Below are positions 1 to 8,744 of a stretch of DNA of 64,000 nt, in pieces. Both the position numbers and the translations under genes were made by a program. Position 1 is the stretch's first letter, and each line of letters begins with the position of its first letter. The notes under the pieces are model-generated. The model searched no databases and had not been told where the DNA came from. It saw only the letters and a list, made by a program, of their open reading frames with translations. The stretch is from Ignavibacteria bacterium (GTDB lineage: Bacteria > Bacteroidota > Ignavibacteria > Kapaibacteriales > UBA4661), in NCBI GenBank assembly GCA_013298775.1, contig JAAFIV010000019.1:25290-89289 (forward strand), written 5' to 3'.

Positions 1-1230
1 CAAGTTACCGTTACGACCGTTTACGCCGCCGCTATTGGAAATAAGAACATCGCGGTAAGAGCGCAAGTAGTTGAAACGAACAGAAAGTTTTTGAGATTCA
101 TCAAGGTTAACATCGAAACGAGCGGTTGCTTTTGCAGAGAATGTTTCCAAGTTGTAGCCTTGCCAAACGCCCGGGTCGTATTTGAGAGAATCAATCAAAA
201 ATTGTTTCAAACGTGTAAGCGAGTCCGAAAGTGCAGTTCCAGCACGAACAACGTTTACACCTGCATCGGAAGTGCTTGTTGACGCACGATTCAACGTCCC
301 TGGGTCAGTACGTTGCTCAATTTCACCATTGACGAAGAAGAATACCTTATCTTCAACAATCGGACCGCCCAAGCGGAAACCATATTGGTTCACGTTAAAT
401 GTTGTGCCAGGAGCCAATACTTTAATGCGAGTGCCTTCGCTTGTCGTCAAAGAATCTGCCAAAAATGCTTGGCTACGAAGGTTATAGAACGCTGAAGCCC
501 GCCATTGGTTATCACCTTTACGTGTAACAGCGTTCACGCCTGCACCAACGAAACCGCCTTGACGCACATCAAAGGGAGCAAGATTTATTTGCAATTCCTC
601 AATAGCATCTAACGAAATTGGGCTGGCGTTTGCCTGACCGCCTGGAAGCGATGCAAGACCGAAACTGTTATTGTAGATGGAACCGTCCACCGTAAAGTTG
701 ATAAAACGCGCGTCTTGACCAGCAAACGACAAACCGTTTGCTTGCGGTGTCAAGCGTGTAAAATCTTGCACGCTACGATTCAATGTTGGAAGTGTTTGAA
801 TAACTTCTTTATTGACGTTCGTTGCAGCACCAACGCGCTCACTGGACATTACGGCACCTTTTTTCGAGGTTACGGTAATTTCTGACAGCCTTACTTCACC
901 TTCTTCGAGCGTTACATTTTGAATGAATGTTTCGCCCAATTTAAGGTAAATATCCGCGTATTTTGCTGCTTTCATACCGACTGCCGATACCTGCACGGTG
1001 TACGGACCGCCTGTACGCAAGCCTGGAGCGGTATAGCGTCCCGTTGACCCTGCAATCGCTCCGTATTTGGTGCCAGAAGGCTCATGCGTGATAGCGACGC
1101 GTGCGCCTGTTAGCGGCTTACCGCCCTTATCTGTAACAACACCCGACATAGCACCAGTTGTTACGCCTTGTGCGAAGGCAAACGCAGGAACTAAAACGAG
1201 TAGAAGAGAAAGAAGTACACTTCTTTTCAT
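1..1230 (-). CDS. TonB-dependent receptor, Oar-like, with N-terminal carboxypeptidase-regulatory-like domain (3' end runs off window)
   Basis: Manual translation from ATG 1230: MKRSVLLSLLLVLVPAFAFAQGVTTGAMSGVVTDKGG...LPTLNRSVQDFTRLTPQ...PISLDAIEELQINLAPFDVRQGGFVGAGVNAVTRKG; signal peptide; AGGAGA RBS upstream. Confidence 0.9.
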   Translation of the reverse strand, partial: MKRSVLLSLLLVLVPAFAFAQGVTTGAMSGVVTDKGGKPLTGARVAITHEPSGTKYGAIAGSTGRYTAPGLRTGGPYTVQVSAVGMKAAKYADIYLKLGETFIQNVTLEEGEVRLSEITVTSKKGAVMSSERVGAATNVNKEVIQTLPTLNRSVQDFTRLTPQANGLSFAGQDARFINFTVDGSIYNNSFGLASLPGGQANASPISLDAIEELQINLAPFDVRQGGFVGAGVNAVTRKGDNQWRASAFYNLRSQAFLADSLTTSEGTRIKVLAPGTTFNVNQYGFRLGGPIVEDKVFFFVNGEIEQRTDPGTLNRASTSTSDAGVNVVRAGTALSDSLTRLKQFLIDSLKYDPGVWQGYNLETFSAKATARFDVNLDESQKLSVRFNYLRSYRDVLISNSGGVNGRNGNL

Positions 1231-1487
1231 ACAATCTCCTAGAAAATTTGAATGTGGAACAATGCTTATCAAAAACATTTCATCTTTCCGACAAGCATAA
1301 CCGATTTACTTGCCGCAAAAATACGACTTTAGCTCTTTTCTCCATGCGTAAAAGTTTGAATGTTAATAAATTGTAAAACGTATCGTGCCGCTTTTGCGTA
1401 TTTTCGCTGAATTACAGATGAATTACAACCGTATTGGCTCTTGTACATTACAACTTAACCGCGATTTTCTACTTATTTTTTGCCACC

Positions 1488-2735
1488 ATGCACGTTCCCC
1501 TTCTCGACCTCAAAGCACAATATCAAGCTCTCAAACCAGACCTCGACGCGGCAATGATTCGCGTGGCGGAATCGCAAGTGTGCGTTTTGGGCGCGGAAGT
1601 GGAGCAGTTGGAGCGGACAATGGCGGAATACTGCGGAACACGCTTCGCGCTTGGCGTTTCGAGCGGGACGGACGCGCTCCTCATGGCTCTCATGGCACTC
1701 GGCATCGGCGCGGGCGATGAAGTGATTGTTCCGACGTTTTCCTTTTTTGCCACCGCAGGCGTGGTCATGCGGCTTGGAGCAACGCCCGTCTTTGTGGATT
1801 CCGAAGCGCGTGGTTTGAATCTCGACCCCGCACGGCTGGAAGAGCGCATCACACCTTGCACGAGGGCAATTATCCCTGTTCATCTTTTTGGGCAATGTGC
1901 CGCAATGCAAGCAATTATGAGCATTGCAGCAAAATACAACATTCCCGTCATTGAAGATGCCGCACAAGCGATTGGTGCAGAATATAACGATGGTCAAAAA
2001 GCAGGTGCAATGGGGCTAATGGGCTGTTTTTCGTTTTATCCAACCAAAAATCTCGGTGCATTCGGCGATGCTGGCTTGATAACGACCAATGATGAAGAAC
2101 TCTCTATAAGGCTCAAACAAATGCGCAATCACGGCATGGAGCCTCGCTATTACCATAAATTTGTCGGCGGGAATTTCCGCATGGACGCGCTGCAAGCAGC
2201 AGTGCTGAATGTGAAGTTTGCGCACTTGGAAGCCTGGCACGAAGCGCGGCGCAGGAACGCGGCGGTGTACAATCGTTTGATTGTGCAGCACGGTTTGGCG
2301 GAAGAATCGCCCAAACACGAGCCGTGTAGCGGTTCACAACACGGATTTCCGCGTAACGGATTTCCGCATTGCCCGAATTGTGCAAGTTCATCACTCAATG
2401 CCTTCAACGAAGCAAATACGCTGCTTTTACCAGAAATGCTTGGGGCGAAATCAGGCGTGAAAAATCATCATATTTTCCACCAATATACGCTCCGCACGCC
2501 TCACCGGGACAAGCTCCGTGCGTATTTGGCAGAACACGGCATTGGCGCGGAAATCTATTACCCCGTGCCATTACACAGGCAGGAATGTTTTGCGCATCTT
2601 ACAAGCAATGACGCGGAGTTTCGGGTGGCAAATTGCGCCGCCGCGCACGTTCTCTCGCTGCCGATTTATCCCGAGCTTCAGGAAGCGCAATTACACTACG
2701 TTGTGGAGCGGATTGCGGCATTTTATCAGAAGTAA
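1488..2735 (+). CDS. DegT/DnrJ/EryC1/StrS PLP-dependent sugar aminotransferase
   Basis: MHVPLLDLKAQY start, GVSSGTDAL, IEDAAQAIGA, SFYPTKNLGAFGDAG (PLP Lys), IYYPVPLH. Confidence 0.93.
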   Translation: MHVPLLDLKAQYQALKPDLDAAMIRVAESQVCVLGAEVEQLERTMAEYCGTRFALGVSSGTDALLMALMALGIGAGDEVIVPTFSFFATAGVVMRLGATPVFVDSEARGLNLDPARLEERITPCTRAIIPVHLFGQCAAMQAIMSIAAKYNIPVIEDAAQAIGAEYNDGQKAGAMGLMGCFSFYPTKNLGAFGDAGLITTNDEELSIRLKQMRNHGMEPRYYHKFVGGNFRMDALQAAVLNVKFAHLEAWHEARRRNAAVYNRLIVQHGLAEESPKHEPCSGSQHGFPRNGFPHCPNCASSSLNAFNEANTLLLPEMLGAKSGVKNHHIFHQYTLRTPHRDKLRAYLAEHGIGAEIYYPVPLHRQECFAHLTSNDAEFRVANCAAAHVLSLPIYPELQEAQLHYVVERIAAFYQK

Positions 2736-2809
2736 CACGAGTTGCGTATTGTTGCATATTTCAGTCTTCAGATTTCATCCTTTTCTTCACCTTCATTTTT
2801 CCAAGCATT

Positions 2810-3574
2810 ATGAATCGCTTCACGAACAAAACCATCTTCCTTACGGGCGGCGCGACGGGTATCGGACGTGCAACGGCACTTGCTTTTGCCAGCGAAGGCG
2901 CGTCATTGGCTATTTGCGACGTTGCCGAAACGGAAACACAAGAGACCGTGCAGCTTTGCAAAAATGCAGGTGCGAACGCTCTCTTTATCAAAACCGATGT
3001 AGCTTCCGCAGACCAGATACAGAGCGCGGTGCAGCGTACAATACAGGAATTTGGCGGTTTGGATGTTGGTGTAAACAACGCAGGAATTGAGGGAACACGC
3101 GACAAAGGCACACACGAATACGACGAAACGATATTCCGCCGCGTGATTGATGTAAACTTAACAGGAGTATTTTTGTGCATGAAAGCGCAGCTACAAGCCA
3201 TGTTGGCAGCACAAAAGCCTGGCGCGATTGTGAATACGTCGTCCATTCTCGGACACTTCGGAATGCCTGGACACGCAGCGTACATTGCCGCAAAGCATGG
3301 CGTGATGGGCTTGACGCGTGCCGCCGCACTAGAGTACGCTCGCTATGGAGTCCGCATCAATGCTGTGTGTCCGGGTTGGATTGAAACGCCAATGACCATT
3401 GCGCACAACGAAAAAGACCAGCAACTGATGGATAAACTTGTGAAGACAGTTCCCATGCGGCGTAGAGGCACACCAGAGGAAATTGCTCAAACAATTCTCT
3501 TCCTCGCCTCCGACCACGCCAGCTACATCACAGGACAAGGTTATCTCGCTGACGGCGGCTTGGCGGCAATGTAA
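2810..3574 (+). CDS. SDR family oxidoreductase
   Basis: TGGATGIG, NNAG, YIAAK catalytic motif, RINAVCPG. Confidence 0.92.
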   Translation: MNRFTNKTIFLTGGATGIGRATALAFASEGASLAICDVAETETQETVQLCKNAGANALFIKTDVASADQIQSAVQRTIQEFGGLDVGVNNAGIEGTRDKGTHEYDETIFRRVIDVNLTGVFLCMKAQLQAMLAAQKPGAIVNTSSILGHFGMPGHAAYIAAKHGVMGLTRAAALEYARYGVRINAVCPGWIETPMTIAHNEKDQQLMDKLVKTVPMRRRGTPEEIAQTILFLASDHASYITGQGYLADGGLAAM

Positions 3575-3590
3575 TTTTCTCACCGTTTCA

Positions 3591-3719
3591 TCTTCTCGTC
3601 GGGCGGCCGAGGAATGCAAGCACAGTAGCCGTCCGGCGGGTGCTTCAACCACACGGCTCTTCACCACACTCGCCGGACGGCGAAGAAGCCGCCTGACGAG
3701 ATAGTATCTCACCTGTCAC
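3591..3719. repeat. Family C palindromic element, degenerate copy (left terminal repeat lost)
   Basis: tcgtcgggcggc...gtagccgtccggcggg / ctcgccggacgg...gccgcctgacgagatagt core shared with 4727-4868; right end atctcacctgtcac matches the family TIR at 11/14. Confidence 0.75.
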
Positions 3720-3727
3720 TAATAGTA

Positions 3728-4525
3728 TTATCTGGGTTTGGAGATAATCGAAAAATCTTCATCGTGATAGACACGGGCAACACTTGGCGTGGTATCGCGT
3801 TGCAAAGCGGCTTCTACGTCGCGCCCAAAGCCAAGCGAAGCAAGATACAGCGCGTGTGGCGTGGTGCGAAGCGCGTCGTGCAAAGCGGCTTCGTCCGAAA
3901 GCGAAGCGTAGGTCTTGAAGGCAGTGAAGGAATATTCATCGGGCTGCAAGGCAGGTTCTTCGGCGAGAAGCGCGTCAATAAATGCCCCAGCGCACAGCGT
4001 ATCTTCTTCCGACGGTGCGCCTTCTGTTCCCGCACAAACAAGGCGAATTGAGCTAATGCGGGTGGTGTGAAGTTTTGGCGTGTGAAGATAGTGTAACAAA
4101 TACTCTATATTCGCGCGAAGATTGGTAAACCCAACAGCAAGCTGCAATGCCGCATGGCGTGTGCGTTCCAGAGCCTGTGTGCCGTTGGTGGTGGTCATTA
4201 CCAGTGTTTTGTGCTGCACAGCAGACGCGGTGTATTCAAGCGGCGAATTTCCTAGGTCGAAGCCCGTAGGCTTGATGCCATGCCGCTCGCCGCAGAGCAA
4301 CACATACCGCGCTTCTTCGGGCGAAATGCTGGCGCGAAGCTGCGTCGCAAGTTCCTGTGCGGCTTCCAGCTCGGCAACAGGAATGATGCGCCGTGCGCCA
4401 TTGTGCAAGGCAGTCGAAATGCTGGTTGTTGCGCGAAGCACGTCAATCACAATAGCGATGCTATGTCGCAAAGCGTGGTCGTTACGGGCTTCTTGGGCGG
4501 TTCGGACTGTTTCAATCGTGAGCAT
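3728..4525 (-). CDS. comB: 2-phosphosulfolactate phosphatase family protein (ComB-like)
   Basis: IVIDVLRATTSI, LCGERHG, FDLGNSP, MTTTNGT, EEDTLCAG. Confidence 0.88.
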   Translation of the reverse strand: MLTIETVRTAQEARNDHALRHSIAIVIDVLRATTSISTALHNGARRIIPVAELEAAQELATQLRASISPEEARYVLLCGERHGIKPTGFDLGNSPLEYTASAVQHKTLVMTTTNGTQALERTRHAALQLAVGFTNLRANIEYLLHYLHTPKLHTTRISSIRLVCAGTEGAPSEEDTLCAGAFIDALLAEEPALQPDEYSFTAFKTYASLSDEAALHDALRTTPHALYLASLGFGRDVEAALQRDTTPSVARVYHDEDFSIISKPR

Positions 4526-4726
4526 AATTGCAAAGAAATTTGAGAGAAGTGCATGTCCGCAAAATAGCATATTTGCTGGATTGTGCAGATATTTTCTTGT
4601 GATAATTTCCTGTATATGCTTTTGTAGAAAGCTCTCAGGAAGCCTTGAAAAACCTTATGTGGAAAGGAAAAATTGTGCTAGTTTCGTAAGACAAAGAGCG
4701 TCATTGCTTCTTTCTAAAAAATCTCA

Positions 4727-4868
4727 GTAACTGGTCAGGTCTTCCCGTCGGGCGGCTGTTATCACAAGCACAGTAGCCGTCCGGCGGGTTTACACGGAAC
4801 ACTGTGCCGAAGAAGAACCCGCCGGACGGTCAAGAAACCGCCCGACGAGATAGTACCTGACCAGTTAC
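4727..4868. mobile_element. 142-bp MITE, family C, IS66-like ends
   Basis: Perfect 14-bp TIR GTAACTGGTCAGGT / ACCTGACCAGTTAC; perfect 8-bp flanking direct repeat AAATCTCA at 4719-4726 and 4869-4876. Confidence 0.88.
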
Positions 4869-4899
4869 AAATCTCATTTGATGAAAAAGGAAACTTGAT

Positions 4900-6261
4900 T
4901 TGCACGACATACAAAATATCCCGAAAGAACGCGCCATTGCTGTTGGCGTGGGTAATCGCACCTACACACGCGAGGAATCGCTGGAGCATTTGGACGAACT
5001 GACGTTTTTGGCGGAAACGGCTGGTGCCGATGTCATTACGAAAATCTATCAAGACCGCGACCGTCCTGATGGCGCGACGGCTGTGGGAAAGGGAAAACTA
5101 GAAGAAATCAGACAGCTTGTCGAAGATGACGATATTGTGTTGGTGATTTTCGACGACGAGCTGACACCCGCACAAATGCGTAATCTTGAGCGCGAACTCA
5201 ACGTAAAAGTGATGGACAGAACAGGCTTGATTTTGGATATTTTCGCCTCACGCGCTCGCACCTACGAATCGAAATTGCAAGTGGAACTCGCCCAGCTTCA
5301 ATACTTGCTTCCGCGCCTCACACGGCTCTGGACGCACCTTTCTAAGCAGTTTGGCGGGATTGGCTCGAAAGGTCCGGGAGAATCGCAAATCGAAACCGAC
5401 CGCCGTCTTGTGCGCGACCGTATTGCGTTTTTGAAAGACAAACTCGCCACCGTTGCTACGCAAAAATTTGAACAGCGTAAGGGACGAGATTCTATGCAGC
5501 GTTTCGCGCTTGTTGGCTATACAAACGCGGGAAAATCTACCTTGATGAATGTGCTTTCCAATGCGAGCGTTTTGGCAGAAGATAAACTTTTTGCCACGCT
5601 CGACACGACTGTTCGCACGATTGAACTTGTGAGCGACGACCGCGCAACACAGCGCAGTGTCTTGCTTTCCGACACAGTTGGGTTTATTCGCAAACTCCCG
5701 ACGCAGCTTGTTGCTTCCTTTCGTTCGACGCTTTCGGAGACCGTTGAGGCGGATATTCTTTTGCACGTTGTGGATATTGCGCATCCGCAGTTCCGCGACC
5801 AAATCCGTGCTGTGCAGGAAACACTCGTGGCGATTGGCGCAGATTCTAAGCCAATGCTGATGGTATTCAACAAAATTGATGCCGCCAATGATTTAGACCT
5901 CGTTCATGCTGCCACGTCAGATTACACGCCGAGTATAGCCATTTCTGCCGAGCGCGGAATAAACATTGCTAATTTGCGGGAAACGATGCTGAATATGGAC
6001 GACACACAGCATGAAACCGTACATTTGCTTCTGCCATACAGCGCGATGAACACCGTCGCGCACTTGTACCGCATCGGCACGATTTTAAGCCGCACCGACG
6101 GCGATGACGGTGTGGAAATTACGGTGCGCTTGGAAATCTCGGAAGCCGCAAAGATGCAGGAATGGAGCGTTCAAAAGGCAAAACTTCCGAAGAAAACGAC
6201 GAAGGGAATTCCCAAGAAAACGCGTTCTACTGCTGCTAGTAGTCCAGTAAATGAGTTTTGA
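4900..6261 (+). CDS. hflX: GTPase HflX
   Basis: GYTNAGKST, DKLFATLDTT, DTVGFIRKLP, NKID, GPGESQIETDRR. Confidence 0.96.
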   Translation: MHDIQNIPKERAIAVGVGNRTYTREESLEHLDELTFLAETAGADVITKIYQDRDRPDGATAVGKGKLEEIRQLVEDDDIVLVIFDDELTPAQMRNLERELNVKVMDRTGLILDIFASRARTYESKLQVELAQLQYLLPRLTRLWTHLSKQFGGIGSKGPGESQIETDRRLVRDRIAFLKDKLATVATQKFEQRKGRDSMQRFALVGYTNAGKSTLMNVLSNASVLAEDKLFATLDTTVRTIELVSDDRATQRSVLLSDTVGFIRKLPTQLVASFRSTLSETVEADILLHVVDIAHPQFRDQIRAVQETLVAIGADSKPMLMVFNKIDAANDLDLVHAATSDYTPSIAISAERGINIANLRETMLNMDDTQHETVHLLLPYSAMNTVAHLYRIGTILSRTDGDDGVEITVRLEISEAAKMQEWSVQKAKLPKKTTKGIPKKTRSTAASSPVNEF

Positions 6262-6403
6262 CGTATTGCCTTTTGACAAGTTTGATAGGACGATTTGAAG
6301 CACTCTGCAGCCTGAGTTTGTCGGAGGCTTCACTGTCAGAATGAACGCAATAATGTAGTAGTCCCAGCATAGCTTACAATCTACATTCTCACTGCCCTTC
6401 TTG

Positions 6404-6473
6404 CTCAATGATGATTACTCAATGATGATTACTCAATGACGATTACTCAATGATGATTACTCAATAATAATTG
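6404..6473. repeat. 14-bp tandem repeat (CTCAATGATGATTA) x5
   Basis: Units at 6404, 6418, 6432, 6446 (near-identical) and 6460 (degenerate). Confidence 0.92.
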
Positions 6474-6524
6474 CCCGATGATGCTCAGAGTTTTGCTCTT
6501 TGCCGCATCGGGCATTTTTTTTTT
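6472..6524 (+). terminator. Rho-independent terminator
   Basis: TGCCCGATG/CATCGGGCA stem followed by T10. Confidence 0.8.
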
Positions 6525-6833
6525 CGATGGAATGTTCGTCAGCGACCAAGAATTCACAAAAACTAAACATTTTACCCTAAATATTCAAAACTGGCACATT
6601 GTTTGATTAACAAAAAGAGTGTGCATAACTTCTTCCATGCTATGAGTTTTTCTTCTCGCGTGAATGGACGTTGCGTTGTGCCTCGACGACCGAAACAATG
6701 CATCGAAACAATGTACAATAGAACTTGCATTTTTCGCGCTGAATCTCTATCTTCCATAGCTTTTGTCGTAACCGATGTCGTAACCGATAAAACTATACCA
6801 ACAACCTCGCTCGTCTATTTTCGGGAGAACAAT

Positions 6834-7091
6834 ATGGCTTTCAAAAATTCCAATGTGAATACAAAACTCAACTTTCTCATTGATGAAAGTGCAAGTTTTA
6901 TACGCCGTTATATGGAGGAATTACAAGGACATAAGGTGCGTCAAGCCTCGCTCGAGCAGCTTGCTAAGGGCGCAGACGGATTTGCCACGCCCGGCGAAGT
7001 GTATCGCCCTTTTTCTAAGTTTTCTCCCGTCGAACCGATTGCCAAAGCCGGCGGACACTCTTCTGAACTTCTCATTAAGGGACGACAATGA
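6834..7091 (+). CDS. Putative antitoxin (85 aa) of PIN pair
   Basis: GGGAGA RBS before ATG 6834; ATGA overlap with the PIN gene; C-terminal SSELLIKGR resembles VapB-type tails. Confidence 0.6.
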   Translation: MAFKNSNVNTKLNFLIDESASFIRRYMEELQGHKVRQASLEQLAKGADGFATPGEVYRPFSKFSPVEPIAKAGGHSSELLIKGRQ

Positions 7092-7540
7092 CACTGTATT
7101 ATCTTGACTCTTCTGCATGGCTTCAATACTACGTCCGCGAACAAGGGTCGGACAAGGTTGCTGCCTTGTTTCAGCCGTCGGTCGCGCTTGCTTGCTCGTC
7201 GTTTGGATTTGTTGAAGTGGTCGTTACTCTTAGCCGTTTAGCGCATTCGGGAGCAATTTCCCATGAAGATCTACTTCATAAAATTCACGACCTCGAAAAC
7301 GACTGGACGCAATTTCTCCAAGTTTCTGCTTCTGCTGCCGTTATCAAGCACGCCGAGCAGTCTGCGCTAAAGTATAATCTCTCGCCCGAACGCGCCTTAC
7401 ACATCGCATCATTGCTTGCGGTGCAGGAACGTACTGGCACCAGCGACAATACCGTGACGCTTGTTTCAACCGATACAGAATTGCTTGCAACTGCGCAAAA
7501 GTACGGCATTCCGGGCATGAATCCTTCCGAAGCCTCGTAA
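7088..7540 (+). CDS. PIN-domain (VapC-like) protein
   Basis: YYLDSSAW..YVREQGS, FVEV, ALHIAS, VSTDTELLATAQKYG. Confidence 0.85.
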   Translation: MTLYYLDSSAWLQYYVREQGSDKVAALFQPSVALACSSFGFVEVVVTLSRLAHSGAISHEDLLHKIHDLENDWTQFLQVSASAAVIKHAEQSALKYNLSPERALHIASLLAVQERTGTSDNTVTLVSTDTELLATAQKYGIPGMNPSEAS

Positions 7541-7580
7541 ATACGGTCCTAAACACGGTCGTAAATACGGTCGTAAATTA
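7535..7580. repeat. 12-bp tandem repeat (TCGTAAATACGG) x~4
   Basis: Units at 7535, 7547, 7559 and partial 7571, overlapping the PIN stop codon. Confidence 0.8.
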
Positions 7581-7670
7581 TAGTTGGAAATGCCGTAAAT
7601 ACATTGCAAGTCGTATCAATAAATAGCAACAATTGTCCCAATTCTTCTCAAGCTCATTCACACATGTATT

Positions 7671-8645
7671 TTGCCCAACGCTCCTCACGATAATCGTTCT
7701 GCTTCTTCGCCGCTTTCCCAGCATTCACGCGCTTTGGTGCTGCTTGCTCTTACGGCGGTACTCTGGAGTTCGGGTGGCTTTCTGATAAAACTTATTTCGT
7801 GGAATGCCTTCTGTATTGCTGGAATGCGCGGTGCCATTGCTGCCGCATGTATCGGGCTTCTAATGCGCAAGCATCTTGTTTTTAACCCTGTTCGCCTCTC
7901 CTTCTACGAACGCTGCGCTGCACTTGTTTATACCTCTACTGTAACACTTTTTGTCTCGGCAACAAAGCTCACAACCGCCGCCAATGCTATTTTGCTGCAA
8001 TATACCGCCCCTGTGTATGTTGCCATTTTTGGTGCATGGTTTTTGAGTGAACGCACCGATAAACGCGACTGGATAACGCTTGCCGTCGTCGTTTTAGGCA
8101 TGGTACTATTTTTCGTGGAGGGATTGTCGGCAGATAATATGCTGGGAAATTGCTTTGCTCTTTTGAGTGGATGTAGCTTTGCGTGGCTAACGCTTTTTAT
8201 GCGCAAAGAGGCGCAGATACGCCGTGCAAGGGAAATTGCGGAGAATACCGACTCAGTTCATTCCTCCAATTCCGGCGTGAATGCTGTGTTTTGGGGTAAT
8301 ATCCTAACAGCAAGTATTGGTGCGCCTTTCGTGGTGCAATCTTTTCTGAGCGGCACGGCTCCTGTCTCTGGCGATGCGGCGTGGCAAAGCTGGCTTGGAT
8401 TGGTGCTTTTGGGCGTATTTCAACTTGGTATTTCCTACATTCTGTACGCTCGTGCATTGCCGCACGTGAGCGCACTTGAAGCAATTCTCATTCCCGTTAT
8501 TGAACCGCTCCTGAATCCTGTGTGGGTTGCGCTCGCGACAGGCGAAAAACCGAGCTTTTATGCGGCATTGGGCGGAATTGTTGTTGTTACTGCTATTACT
8601 GTGCGGAGCTTGTCGAGCCTTCGCGCATCCCGCTCCAATCCTTGA
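7671..8645 (+). CDS. EamA/DMT family transporter
   Basis: About 10 hydrophobic segments; TTAANAILLQYTAPVYV, IEPLLNPVWVAL..GEKP. Confidence 0.88.
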   Translation: MPNAPHDNRSASSPLSQHSRALVLLALTAVLWSSGGFLIKLISWNAFCIAGMRGAIAAACIGLLMRKHLVFNPVRLSFYERCAALVYTSTVTLFVSATKLTTAANAILLQYTAPVYVAIFGAWFLSERTDKRDWITLAVVVLGMVLFFVEGLSADNMLGNCFALLSGCSFAWLTLFMRKEAQIRRAREIAENTDSVHSSNSGVNAVFWGNILTASIGAPFVVQSFLSGTAPVSGDAAWQSWLGLVLLGVFQLGISYILYARALPHVSALEAILIPVIEPLLNPVWVALATGEKPSFYAALGGIVVVTAITVRSLSSLRASRSNP

Positions 8646-8744
8646 TTTGGCAAAATACGTTTTAAAGTGTATTTTTGCAGTGCTTGAATTCAAGATGTTC
8701 TGTCGCCGCATTCCTTCTCATCTTTTCCCCTCTCGTATCGCCCC

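Noticed and set aside
3728-4525. Coenzyme M biosynthesis inferred from comB
   Set aside because: Stand-alone ComB homologs are common and no comA/C/D/E genes are present here.
4727-4770. CTGGTCAGGTC as SRP (4.5S) RNA
   Set aside because: Lacks the GGAA tetraloop and AGCAG motif, and is part of a repeated TIR with TSD.
6404-6473. Fur box array
   Set aside because: AATGATGATTACTC does not fit the 7-1-7 or GATAAT hexamer spacing, and no iron gene is adjacent.
6603-6833. N-terminal 77 codons of the 162-aa ORF
   Set aside because: Non-protein-like TTG extension; the RBS supports ATG 6834.
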